This document shows, piece after piece, positions 34,701 to 43,500 of a stretch of DNA of 59,137 nt. Position 1 is the first letter of the stretch. Every line of letters starts with the position of its first letter. The stretch is from a virus (taxonomy: Duplodnaviria > Caudoviricetes), in the IMG/VR virus record IMGVR_UViG_3300030102_005755, positions 1 through 59,137 of that record; one strand, 5' to 3'. Below the pieces are notes generated by a model, which was given only the letters and a program-made list of their open reading frames with translations, was not told the DNA's origin and did no database searches. A program made the translations under genes and the position numbers.

Positions 34701-36748
34701 GCTTTCTCTTCTTTTGTCACCCTGCCACCTTCTATAAACTCACCCTTTCTAAGGGTTGAGCTGATAGATGCAATTTCTTGGTGGATACCCATGACTTCAT
34801 CAACCTCTTCTTGGTTGAAGGTGTCGTACATCTGAGCATCCTTCTTCTTGATGATGTCAAACTTCTGCAGAGAGCGCATGTAAGTGTCTCTCAACACTTG
34901 CTTTTTCTGAGGATCTTTTTCTGCCTCGTACTTTTTTCTAAGCTCCCCTACAATTTTAGCCTGAGCTCTGCTGTCTTTGAGGTTAGAGCTGTGACTGAGT
35001 CTAGACGATGCAACAGAAAGAGCACCTGGTCCAGACGCACCCAAAGCACCCACCACAAAGGCGTCTGCAATAGAATGAAAGTTGATAGTCTTCGGGTCCT
35101 TGCCATCAACAACATCAGAAGCATTGCTTATTAGTTGCTCCGCAAAGGCCACCATACCCTCTTCAAGGCCTTCAGCACCCAGGTCCTTCAAGAATCCTGT
35201 AGATAGCTTTTTCTTGAGTGCTTCTTGGACTTGCTTCTGGATGGTCTGTTTCATACCACCAGACACAGACCTAGCAAACGCGGCTTCAGCACCCCTTCCC
35301 AACCCCAAAGTCACGGCGTTCATCATGCCCTCAGCCATACCAGAAAGGCTTCCAAAGAACAAGGCCTTACTTATGGGCACCTCAGGGTGTGATTCCCTGT
35401 ACGATTCGTACCCTTGAGGAATGTAAGAAAATAAAGTTGCAGGCACACTTTGAGACATGGCAGAAAGCATGTTTGCTCTCGTTGATAGCTGCCCCGCCTT
35501 GGCAAGTGAGTCAGACATCTTGCCTGTAGCGCCAACAGTTCTTCCAAGAGCACCCATAGCAAAGAAGTCAGCGGCGTAAACCGCTGTCATGCCCAGCGTC
35601 TCAGGCAAGTCGTAGGTAACAAACTTGTTGAGTGCAGTCATGTCCCCAGTAAGAGCCTTGCCCAAAGTGTCCATCACACCCAGGCCTTGGTAGTTTTCAG
35701 GGATTTCAAGCTCTGCCATACCAGCAGCTCTTGCTCGCTGGTACTTACCGTTCATTTGTTTCTTTCTGCCCCTCCAGTACTTGGACATCCTGCTGTCTTC
35801 CCCTCCGATTAAGTCGGCGACCATGATGCCCCTGTCAAAAGCAAGGTTTCCAAAGGTGTTGAAGGCGTTGTCGTACATAGACTCAAGCACGCCGTCAATG
35901 GGGTCGTACTCTTCTGCTCTTAGCTCCTCAAGCGTTTGATCAACAAACGCACCCTCTTGCCTTAACTGCTTGTATTCCTCTAGATCAGCCCTGTTCTCAA
36001 CACCAACAAATCCAAAGTCTCTTTTGATTCTTGCATCATCTTCTTTCATGCGTTGGAACATGTTCCTTTGCATGAATCCCTCGTCCACATCGCTTTCCTG
36101 GTTTACTCTAAAGTCAGAGCCAACCATCTCGTATATTCCGTTCTGAGCTTTAATCGCCTTGCCATGCTCAAGATTTGCTTGAGCGGCAATCTCTCTTGCT
36201 TCAGCAAGCTTTTTATTCTTTTCCTCTAAGTCCTCTATGTATTCGGCCTCAAGCTTGAGCTGCCCAGCCTGATCGGCCAATACCATGTAGTTGGCCTCGT
36301 GCTCATCAGAACGCATGGTTAGTACGTTCCTAAAGTCTGCAGTGGCTACTGGCTGACCAAAAGCCTGGTCTTCAAACTCAGTCCCACCAGACTCGAATCC
36401 TTCTCCCGAAGAACCTGAACTCGAATCTTTTTTTTTTAAGTCCTCCATCGAGGCTGAGGTGGCTCTGTTAAGCGCCTCTAGTCTCTCTTGGTTTGCCAAC
36501 ATCTCCTCCTGCCTGCGATTATAGTCGTCCATAATCAGGCCGTAATTACTCTCTGGGTCAAAGCCCTGAGCGTTCAAGAGGTTCAGTTTCTCTTTGTCTG
36601 AAAGTCCAAGCTGAGTGAAGTTGTCAAAAAACTGTTGCTGACTTGGGCGATCTGGATTGATTGCCTCTTGAGTGGCATCATTAGACGGGCTGGCTGGAGA
36701 AGTCGGAGTTGCAGTAGCCTCTGGGAATCCTTGATTTTCCTCAATCAT
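28742..36748 (-). CDS. Giant internal virion/ejection protein with C-terminal LPD38-like domain
   Basis: 2668 aa; NPEF...NF.RD, ENSIRL, AKNITVNFNKSG, YLFFNASVQG, KIPLPYG; degenerate zincin-like EEFGH. Confidence 0.8.
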   Translation of the reverse strand: MIEENQGFPEATATPTSPASPSNDATQEAINPDRPSQQQFFDNFTQLGLSDKEKLNLLNAQGFDPESNYGLIMDDYNRRQEEMLANQERLEALNRATSASMEDLKKKDSSSGSSGEGFESGGTEFEDQAFGQPVATADFRNVLTMRSDEHEANYMVLADQAGQLKLEAEYIEDLEEKNKKLAEAREIAAQANLEHGKAIKAQNGIYEMVGSDFRVNQESDVDEGFMQRNMFQRMKEDDARIKRDFGFVGVENRADLEEYKQLRQEGAFVDQTLEELRAEEYDPIDGVLESMYDNAFNTFGNLAFDRGIMVADLIGGEDSRMSKYWRGRKKQMNGKYQRARAAGMAELEIPENYQGLGVMDTLGKALTGDMTALNKFVTYDLPETLGMTAVYAADFFAMGALGRTVGATGKMSDSLAKAGQLSTRANMLSAMSQSVPATLFSYIPQGYESYRESHPEVPISKALFFGSLSGMAEGMMNAVTLGLGRGAEAAFARSVSGGMKQTIQKQVQEALKKKLSTGFLKDLGAEGLEEGMVAFAEQLISNASDVVDGKDPKTINFHSIADAFVVGALGASGPGALSVASSRLSHSSNLKDSRAQAKIVGELRKKYEAEKDPQKKQVLRDTYMRSLQKFDIIKKKDAQMYDTFNQEEVDEVMGIHQEIASISSTLRKGEFIEGGRVTKEEKAELKERLTDLFTRKAQIEKIAEDRAFKASVPSEVIVPDSGNKSRPAKERNVEQTEIDSHKRVPEATQPAPAELVQEEGQLLMFDENTMDDMVQRPGEEVKPPVEAEQQAEAPEAQQAEAAQQAEEDAVTVDLAAGETLDLRDTKKVGEGAGQVSISNARTINNLTKAFGSALKTAGAKLKAHRTMESFINSNEEVKNQNKYLEVIGVQGQTVAYLNPLTNEIHLSPEADIMDVMEEFGHLVLAPIIGKDAASRQALFAEMQKIAKGKSKGAKLVAKILAQSNEDYGNQSEAVQEEEAIISVLVNYAANPAAFASVADKIVKAINKVLKAAGLKKNIITGKEGLFALAEKFRQSSEGRATEVSTDAPVAEEAASEEAVAEEAPVAEEVAPEAEKKSAEDIAADKTLSEDQKRQALKDQADALLEGAEGISAPDEDVLADAASLDLFQGRMSVRRKQEFNYLKDTEIFYTARPYLQAGDAVVTSSRYTTYSSPRSIRVNDYFHFRNWYNKTTGNQTADRIGEMYFIKDGKKYAIKPPRPRVDKDGKKVPMALPPSPKDIYNQRKIQDIESQKEVTRKLAKLRDSNRALFATIPWKQFVNAGQFAPASKPIQEMTINDQYISAVIEQKNMQEALEMGLTKNEVRERIKQPGRAGIEGLNRIMDGDIVNATGLAPFDEAETGDVVANMRFSTRRRDQLGDPDHILSDKELSDFLEGKYEDLTGVFMPISGYDQSMPDQEKGITSGIRAVQELDAADLPELEADEVVISTHVSFEYARQRMERYRKEAERIYRRQEREGSPKAARKLNMSGKFGAGFSMLKPEATRGNPDVAKSYLNGLLARSRDKTNNIGGPSLYGMFSGTGKKAIRTMVRMAQADGFGGLSSETAALFDAEFDLPVTTQKQFEEIIDVAINYNDRLADQFEGRKNLFSKKLLAEFFSHEKFELGRTIPDESLSMDEQIAEYFNDPVLSQQKPATLIGYKTFNYEIDPDIFDQYGQVKLANMRVVQLEGYGFGGAVVVKRPGPDAKLKVFREQFTLDKIDPELFQTSEASSSKKAAEVAKAKTPYDKAEMLNRYSRVEFNAEAQDVNIKASVRRRQGFVKGETTNGSWQMRDMNGFQRWRNTWLKRLQDKYVDIFQLQADVEAARGKRAADQDFQMAEELMYGKAAEDLRKLDVKVDAITDLIKDRGLSVQDVSDYLYALHAKERNELIKERTNGQNKEGSGMSDARADLILKSLEGRSDSLKEIVDLVREIQQDTRDTMVKFGLETQEAIDAFEAQFENYVPLSGIAIDEETSFTSSYPTGGAGMSVFGPTTKRAEGRQSEATNILAQVIAQNSSIHIKARTNEALQSLYNLVESNPNEDVWRILDAKNVNSKDPHIVSVRVNGEQKFIRFKDASYAETLRNMNLPQTSVFVRMMRAPANWLRRSFTTLNPEFMISNFSRDIQAAMFNAAAEADIPGGVIEGQGIVTEMIKNVPKTLKVLLRSESPEALKKFFAENPEVERYYNEFRDDGGKTGWSYAKPLDRIAADLQSKSSEKSKMQNLFGKAEEFAQVVEGYNDAFENSIRLSSYIAARERGVTREKAAQMAKNITVNFNKSGEYGQLLNSVYLFFNASVQGTARLGKSLLTMKSPTYPDGTKRAFKDRFNNAQKMAAALTVFSGLSAMIAMAMSDEDEDGELYYNKIPDYIKERNLIFMRPNGKDYFKIPLPYGFSMFANLGTTAVEVGAGHKEIDTAMMQLSSAFINSFSPISFGQSKDLFTKAGKSVVPTVFKPLVDVMTNETYFGGPVYTENLPYGLQRPESSLSFRSPEGVQQFFRWMNEATGGSVDVKGDLDFNPDKMWYMFEYFIGGAGKFVERTGSTAMKLKAKAEDNDIRIEANDIPFMRILYGEPSKYMDMEDYSRRRQEIMQLTKELKNNPRRDKGERYIGVLGLNNSLKSFDKQLKAIRAAKRQALKIKDYTERMKRIQELRDKERRIVMRFNKQYETIRGKED

Positions 36749-36752
36749 ATCA

Positions 36753-36760
36753 CAAATATA
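36753..36760 (-). promoter_or_regulatory. -7 element TATATTTG, 4 nt before ATG 36748
   Basis: TAnnTTTG consensus. Confidence 0.6.
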
Positions 36761-36762
36761 CT

Positions 36763-38796
36763 TTAACCTCTAAGAGGAGCCATTCCCTTTTGGGACTTGC
36801 CATTCTCGTCTTGATAAATAACAACCCTTCCTATGGGGTTGTCGCCACCTTCAGAAGTAAACCACTTCCCGTCTCTAATCTCAGCGTTCATAAACGGAGG
36901 ATCGTATACGTTTCTGCCGCCTACTTGGGCAACAACGTTTTCTTCCTTGAATGAATCCCCTCTAATTATCTCAGCTCTTTCGTCAGCTCTTCTAGCATTA
37001 GCCAAGTCAAGTCTGATTTGATCTCTTCTTTCCTGCTCACGTTGCTCGTTTGCTAATGCACGTTCATTCGCCTGATCTTGAAGCTCTTGTTCTTCAGCAT
37101 CCTGCCTCGCCTTAAGCTCTCCAAGGCTGTTTAGGTAGAGGCCTCTTTCTTTTCTTGCTTTGGTTATTTCAGCTTGCATCAAAGCAGCAGCCTCAGGATC
37201 TCTCATAAGCCTATTGAAAATAGCCTCCCCTTCTGGACTAGTTCCAGGGCCAATAGGTATTCTCTTTTGAGTCTCTTCTTTTACGAGACTCTGCTCATAA
37301 AGAGCTTTGTCATTGGCCGACAGTTGGTCATAGTCCTCTTGAGATATAGCCTCTCCGCCACCAAATGGCTTGTATACGTTTCTTTCGGTCTTGACGGTAA
37401 CGCTTGCCATTTGCTGACCATCATCTCTCCTGCCAGTTGAGGAGTTCGTTCCATCCTTGTTTATACCATACAGAGGATCAACTCCAAAGCCTTGGATCAG
37501 GTATTTACCGCCCTCCGATATTCCAAGATCTGACCCTTCTATTTTAATGGGATCAGAGCTGCCTTCTTTATCTACCAAGGCAATCATTTGATAGCCAGGT
37601 GCTTGCTCGTTAGGACCCAAGCCAGACGCCAAAGCATCTTGAGCTCTTTGTTCAGTATTAACAGCAAGGCTTCCTACTGCATACCTAGACGATTCTTGCT
37701 TATTCCCAGAAGCTATTCTATTTCTTCTTTCAATCTCTGCGCTGTCCATTGCAAAACGAGCGTACTCTACAAACTTTGGTCTTTCAGAGTTAAGCAAATC
37801 CCAGCCGCTTCCGTCTGCCACGATGTTTCCCTGGTCGTCTTTTTCTCTAGCTCCGCCTGGTTGACCCCAAACATCTCTCCAAGCCTGCTCAAGTTCTGGG
37901 TTACCCTCTACTCTGCTAAATGCGTTTGGACCTAGCTCAAAAGCTTTGGCCTCCTGGGGGCTGTCAAAGTAAGAGCTGTTGCCAGACTCGTCCAAGTAGT
38001 CCTCGTTGATCTGCATTCTCAAAACAGTTCCACTTCGGTTTCCGTTTTCAGCCAGAGTGTCAAACTCCATCTCTGCATTCTTCTCTCTAAACACCCCTCC
38101 TCCACGAGCTTTTATACGAGCCTGTATGCTTTCTCCCTGAGCACTAGTCTGAAGGTCTCCAACGTCAGCCTTGCGCTGAGCTGGTCGGTACGCAGAGGTG
38201 TCGTTGATAAATGCAGCCTCATCAATCGGCACAAGGTTTCCTTCTGGTCCTTCGACCATAATCTTACCGTCTACGTACTGAAAGTTTTTTTGAAATGCAG
38301 CATCAGCACGAGCTACAGTACCCGCATCAACCTCTTCATACTCCATGCCTGGAGGCAAGGCTGTATTGAAGGCAGCCATCTCTTTGCCAGTAGATGTGCT
38401 CATGGTGTTGAGCTGCGCAGCATCTTCTTTCCTATTGTTTTCTCTGGCCTGAAGAGTGTTGAACTGCTGCCTAAAGTCACCTATAAGTCTTTGTGCTTCA
38501 ACGGGATCGTTGGCCTCTCTTATCTTTTGCCTGAGCTCATCAGCAGCTGCTTGAATAGCTGGGGCTGCATCAACGCCAGCAAGACTAGCATCAAATCCAG
38601 CTACAGTCTTAAGGTCTTCACGCTGTTGATTTTGGGCTCTTTCGTATATCCTTCTAGCTTCGTTTCTCTTTGCCTGCAAAGAAGCATCAGCAGCACGTAT
38701 AGCCATTGCTACGCCCCCGCTTGATTGCTGAGCCTGCTGAGCTTGTACACCCAAAGACTTTGCGGTGTTCTGACTGCTTCCTACTGGAGTATACAT
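36763..38796 (-). CDS. Putative internal virion protein
   Basis: 677 aa, helical and Gln/Ala-rich; lies between the tail genes and the giant protein. Confidence 0.7.
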   Translation of the reverse strand: MYTPVGSSQNTAKSLGVQAQQAQQSSGGVAMAIRAADASLQAKRNEARRIYERAQNQQREDLKTVAGFDASLAGVDAAPAIQAAADELRQKIREANDPVEAQRLIGDFRQQFNTLQARENNRKEDAAQLNTMSTSTGKEMAAFNTALPPGMEYEEVDAGTVARADAAFQKNFQYVDGKIMVEGPEGNLVPIDEAAFINDTSAYRPAQRKADVGDLQTSAQGESIQARIKARGGGVFREKNAEMEFDTLAENGNRSGTVLRMQINEDYLDESGNSSYFDSPQEAKAFELGPNAFSRVEGNPELEQAWRDVWGQPGGAREKDDQGNIVADGSGWDLLNSERPKFVEYARFAMDSAEIERRNRIASGNKQESSRYAVGSLAVNTEQRAQDALASGLGPNEQAPGYQMIALVDKEGSSDPIKIEGSDLGISEGGKYLIQGFGVDPLYGINKDGTNSSTGRRDDGQQMASVTVKTERNVYKPFGGGEAISQEDYDQLSANDKALYEQSLVKEETQKRIPIGPGTSPEGEAIFNRLMRDPEAAALMQAEITKARKERGLYLNSLGELKARQDAEEQELQDQANERALANEQREQERRDQIRLDLANARRADERAEIIRGDSFKEENVVAQVGGRNVYDPPFMNAEIRDGKWFTSEGGDNPIGRVVIYQDENGKSQKGMAPLRG

Positions 38797-39773
38797 TAGT
38801 CTTGGAATTGTGGCTTAGACAACAAGTCCCTCATAAACTTCAAGAGCTTGTCTCCATCTCCCTTAGCTATGATCTCCTCCATCTTGTTTGTCTGGTCTGG
38901 GTTAAACACAACTTCACCGCCAGTAAGCTCAGCCTCTTTCTCTCCGTTCTCCTCATCAATCACGGCCTTTTTGTTGGTCTTGTGATCAAACTCTCCTTTG
39001 GTTTTGAATCCTTCCTCGCCCATGTACCCGCCGTCCTCAAGCTTTCCCCCGTACTTTGTTTCTTTCACGCCTGGATTCCCATAGTCAAAGTCCTTTAACA
39101 GTGTGCCAAGTCCAATAGTTGTTTGGTCCCCAGCGGCTTGAGCTCTAGGGTCTGCAGCCTCCTGCGCAGTTTGAAGCTCAAGCAATGCTCTATTAGCTTC
39201 ATCAGCAGACATACCAGCTCTGTCCATAAGTTGCTTCTCAAGGGCTGTTTTGAACTGTTTATTTTGCTCTGCAAGGTTAGCCCCAATCGCTCCAGCATCA
39301 GCTTTCAGCTCAAGGGCCTTAAGTCTTGCAGCATCTTGAGAAGCTCCAGTCTTATCAAGCACGTCAGCCAGCGCAGAGGTGGCCCTTGGGTCACCACTCT
39401 TTACCGCACTCACTATATCTGCTCTTGTCTCTTGATCTCTTACATCACCTCTTCTCAGAATTTCTTCAGCAGCTTCTTGCTTGGCCTGGATAAGGTCTCT
39501 ACTAGCCTGAGTCATGTCAGGCATGTCTCTAAGCATCTTTAATTGCTGCTCAAAGCTTTTCTTACCCTCTTCTAGCTGAGTACCAAAAGCTTCTTGCTTG
39601 GCCTTTATGCCAGCCTCAAGCTCTTTTTTTGCTCTTTTTGCTTCCCTTCGTCCAGCAAGACTTGCGAGTATAGCCTTGCCAGCATCTTTTGATCCCTGGC
39701 TAAGTTTGAAGTTGCCATCCTTATCAGTGCTTCCAAAAAGGTCTTTAAGTTGTGAGAAATCTATTTCTGACAT
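38796..39773 (-). CDS. Putative internal virion (pilot-like) coiled-coil protein
   Basis: Helical N-terminal part; C-terminal KYGGK, EDGG, GEFDH...AELTGGEVVF domain. Confidence 0.7.
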   Translation of the reverse strand: MSEIDFSQLKDLFGSTDKDGNFKLSQGSKDAGKAILASLAGRREAKRAKKELEAGIKAKQEAFGTQLEEGKKSFEQQLKMLRDMPDMTQASRDLIQAKQEAAEEILRRGDVRDQETRADIVSAVKSGDPRATSALADVLDKTGASQDAARLKALELKADAGAIGANLAEQNKQFKTALEKQLMDRAGMSADEANRALLELQTAQEAADPRAQAAGDQTTIGLGTLLKDFDYGNPGVKETKYGGKLEDGGYMGEEGFKTKGEFDHKTNKKAVIDEENGEKEAELTGGEVVFNPDQTNKMEEIIAKGDGDKLLKFMRDLLSKPQFQD

Positions 39774-39778
39774 GATTG

Positions 39779-39786
39779 CAAAAGTA
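39779..39786 (-). promoter_or_regulatory. -7 element TACTTTTG, 5 nt before ATG 39773
   Basis: TAnnTTTG consensus. Confidence 0.55.
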
Positions 39787-39793
39787 GTAAATG

Positions 39794-40594
39794 TTAGCTA
39801 TTGTGGTCTAGCGGAGTCGCTTCAAAGTCAACGTTTAACGAGTGAACCTCGAAGTCTTCAACACCGAATGTCACAGAAACGTCAGCAAACTGACCCTTAG
39901 GTTGATCAAAGTTTATATCTAAATACAATATAACAACTTCGTCCCCGACTTCTATTCTGCTCGAAGTACTAACAAAGTAACCGCCGTCAAAATATCCGTC
40001 TGGAAAAACTGATGCCCAGCCTGCGTTTGGGTTTTCCTTTGCCGCTTGCAGGTCCTCTGTTTTAACAATCACAGCCCTGCCCCCGCTGTGCTGAGAGGTG
40101 GGCCCACTGATCTTAATGTAAAAAGAACCTCTAGTTCTGGTTATTGACTCGACAATACCGAGTGCTCTCACATTAGCCACGCCAAGCTCAACAACTCCCT
40201 CAACGCCTCCGTACAAAATACCACCCTTACTCTTCAGCTGATTGACTCTGGCGTTTTTCTTTATTGAGTTGCCAGTACCGTTGTTGACGATAAAGGTGTT
40301 CACACCTTGAATTGCAAGGATGTCAGGGGTCTCAATAGAGAACGCCTTGTAGATCTTGTTGGCAGAAGGGTTGTTGTTGAACGCAAAAGAAATGCCAGAG
40401 CTCACAGGCTGGCTGCCATAGAAAGAGTTATTGGACGAAGAGTTTTTGTCATGAAGCCACAACACCTGGGTTGAAGTCGTGGACTTCGGGCTGCTGATCA
40501 TCTGATCTTTTACCCACCCAAAGCAAGAGGATGTGTAGCTGTATCTACTCACCCAAACGTTTCCAGAATTGCTGAATGCTATGGTCTTCTCCAT
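39794..40594 (-). CDS. Tail protein, resembles the C-terminal part of nozzle/stabilization proteins
   Basis: TIAFS....WVSRYSY...WLHD...FYG...FNNNPS..KIYKAFSIE. Confidence 0.65.
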   Translation of the reverse strand: MEKTIAFSNSGNVWVSRYSYTSSCFGWVKDQMISSPKSTTSTQVLWLHDKNSSSNNSFYGSQPVSSGISFAFNNNPSANKIYKAFSIETPDILAIQGVNTFIVNNGTGNSIKKNARVNQLKSKGGILYGGVEGVVELGVANVRALGIVESITRTRGSFYIKISGPTSQHSGGRAVIVKTEDLQAAKENPNAGWASVFPDGYFDGGYFVSTSSRIEVGDEVVILYLDINFDQPKGQFADVSVTFGVEDFEVHSLNVDFEATPLDHNS

Positions 40595-40595
40595 G

Positions 40596-43500
40596 TCAGT
40601 ATGTGATGATGTCTAAAATATCTCCTGGGTCGTCTGGCAACACAAGGCCTCCAACCCCGCCAAGGTCAGGATCAAACCCTCCAGGAAATGCGTCACCTCC
40701 AGTATTACCACCTCCGCCGCTTGAATCGTCTTCACCTGCGTCTTCATCAGTGACGTCGTCTTCACTTGTATCTTCCTCAGTAGTGTCGTCTCCAGTATCG
40801 GTAGTGTCTCCTCCAGTCTCTCCTGAGGTATCATCGTCTACTGTGGTAGTATCATCTTCCTCCGAAGTATCATCCTCTTCCACCACCTCTTCTATTATGA
40901 TGGGCTGATTGTACACGCTTAGAATGTAAGTGTCCTCATAGGGATCGTAACCTCCGACAACTTTAATCTCACCCATTCCTTCCAGCTCGTCAGCCTCAGC
41001 TTTCTCAAACAAATCCTTAAAGAAGGTCTTCATGCCAACCTCTGATATAACCTGTATACCAGAAGAAGGGTTGAACTTATAGACTTGTCTTGCGCCCTTA
41101 CTTGCAAAGTAGACCGTATTCCCTATGTCGCACACAGACTCTGGATTGTCGTCACATCCGTAGTTGCCAGCATAGTACCTTTCTGTGCCTAGTACAGATT
41201 TAGCAGCGACAAGCGACTCACCCCCACCACCGTCAGTAATAATATTCCTGTTGACAGGAACTGAGCTACATCTGCTGGATTGAATAACGAATATTGAATC
41301 GTCGTTGTTGATCAAATAGTTGATGTCTCCAAACTCAGAGGGCAAATCCTTGAATTGCCCCTTGACAGGGTTGAAGGATGTGATCGTGTTGATCTTGGAT
41401 ATGGGGTTGTTCTTGTCAGAGAACGTTATAGAAGCCTCCTTTCTAGACTCCTGAATATTCGGAGCTACTAGCTTTATCTTGCCTTGCCCCCACACATCAG
41501 AGTTGGAGACCTTTGTGCTAAATACTTGTGACTCAATGTTGTATGGGAAAAAGTTAGACGTTGCTTCATCTTCTGAAATCAGAGAAACAAAGTTGCCGCC
41601 CTCTACTTTCTGGAAGTTCATGGCCTCTGTCTTGAACCATACATCCCCACCTTTCAATATTTTTTCCTGCTCAAATTCTGTGATTGGATACACTGGGCCA
41701 ATCTCATAGTACACAAGGCTTTCTTCATCAGCCGACTTTCTTGGAGAGTAGACTTCAAACACACACCTCTTATTCCATGCGTGAGTTGTAGAGTCTGGGT
41801 TGTTTTCCCCAAGCTTAATTACATCGGCAGTAAAGTCTGTAGCCTGTGGGTTGTTTTCCAAAACTAAGAAAGGTCCAACCTTGGACGGATGAGGCAGTTC
41901 TCCATCTTGCTCTACGTCGTACAAAGGGTTGTCTGTGCCGTCGTTTAAGAACCGTTGGTCTACAACGTTGAACTCATATTCAGACCCAGCAAACACCCTG
42001 TTATTTTGAGTGTTGAAGTGAGAAATGATTCTAAGCCTGTCGCCTTCTCTGTATGTATATACGTCTTGGGCTCCTTCAACGCTCCTTGCTCCTTTCGCTT
42101 TCGAGAAAGATATGGGGTGACCCTGGAGGTGATTGAGAGAAACAAAGATGTTGCCAGAATCCGTGTCGGCATTTCCTGGGGTCACGAACGCTCCACCAGA
42201 AGAGTACTGCACAAAGCGAGACATCGTCGTGTTCCCGCTGTACACAAACCTGAATGACGTAGCTCCATCGGGAACCTCCCCAGCAAGTGTTATTGATACA
42301 GACTCTACTGGACCTGTATTTTGAGGGCTGTCCCTCTCTCCAAACCAAGGCACATACATAGACCCTATAGGGTTTACTTCAGAGCACCTACCCCTTTCGT
42401 CGTAAAACACAACACCAAAGGCGTGGTTAGCTCCAGCCTTAAACGACTGAGAACCACCTGATCCAGGCTCTATAAGGAACAGTATATTGTTTACCCCGTC
42501 AGGATTGCTTATCTGCGTTTCAAACAGATTCGGATCAGAAAAAAAGGCAAAGTCCTCGCTAAAGTGTTCTTTTCTTAAGAAGGCCTGTATAAACGACTGG
42601 CCAATAGCAGGGTTTGTGGTGTTAAAAGAACCTGTGCCCAAGTGTATAAAGGGTAGCGAAGTCTGTCTTAAGATTGGACTACCAATGCTATAGTCGTTGT
42701 TGTCAGTCAAGAAGTCATCTCCGCTGTGTTGAACGGCTGGAAACTTTGCATCAGATTCAGGATCCGATCCAAGAACAATGTTGTTGTCGATGCCTGGGCC
42801 ATACAATCCAGGGAAAACAAGATCGCCTGCGTCTTGATCAGATCTAGATATACCAAAGAGGCCGACAGAGCCTACAGATCCTATGCCAACACCGTAGTCA
42901 TCAAGGTTAGGACCAAGGAGGCCGTGCAAGGCGTATGTATCATATACAGAGTTCTCATCAATACCACCTCCTCCTGGCCCGCCAGCGCCGTCCATAAGCG
43001 TATATAATGACTTTCCTTCTGGAGATTCCCCCTTGAAAAAGACAACGCTTTCACCTCTATTTGTGACAGCATCAACATACTCAGAAGTGTAGTGAAGCCC
43101 ACCGAGAACTGTTTTCCAGGGAGCAAAGAAAGGAGACCCATCTACTTTCCTGAACATGTTCTCCTCTGTAATGGATATAATCTGTCCAGTCCCTGGCATA
43201 GAAACTTGAATGCCAAAAGTTGTTCCTATTGAATCCTGAGGTGCTGCATCATTGTCTACATTGTGACCCAACGCAGCTGCAAATCCAGGGTTCACCTGAA
43301 GCCCACCCTGTGGGAGTCCGTTATCAGGGCTGATAAATGGAAATAAGCTGTACTCCCTGAAGTCTACCCCTGGAAGCAAAGGACTGGTGTCCCCCTCTTC
43401 AAGATTATATGGGGCAAAGAACCACCAACGGGCACCCTGAACAGGTCTGCGCATACAGCTGAGTATGGCGTTCTCCTCGTCAGGCAAAGAAACTTCTTTG

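Noticed and set aside
28742-36748. crAss-type or N4-type virion RNA polymerase
   Set aside because: No DFDxD or T7-like catalytic motifs recognised; the DEDED stretch lies in the LPD38-like region.
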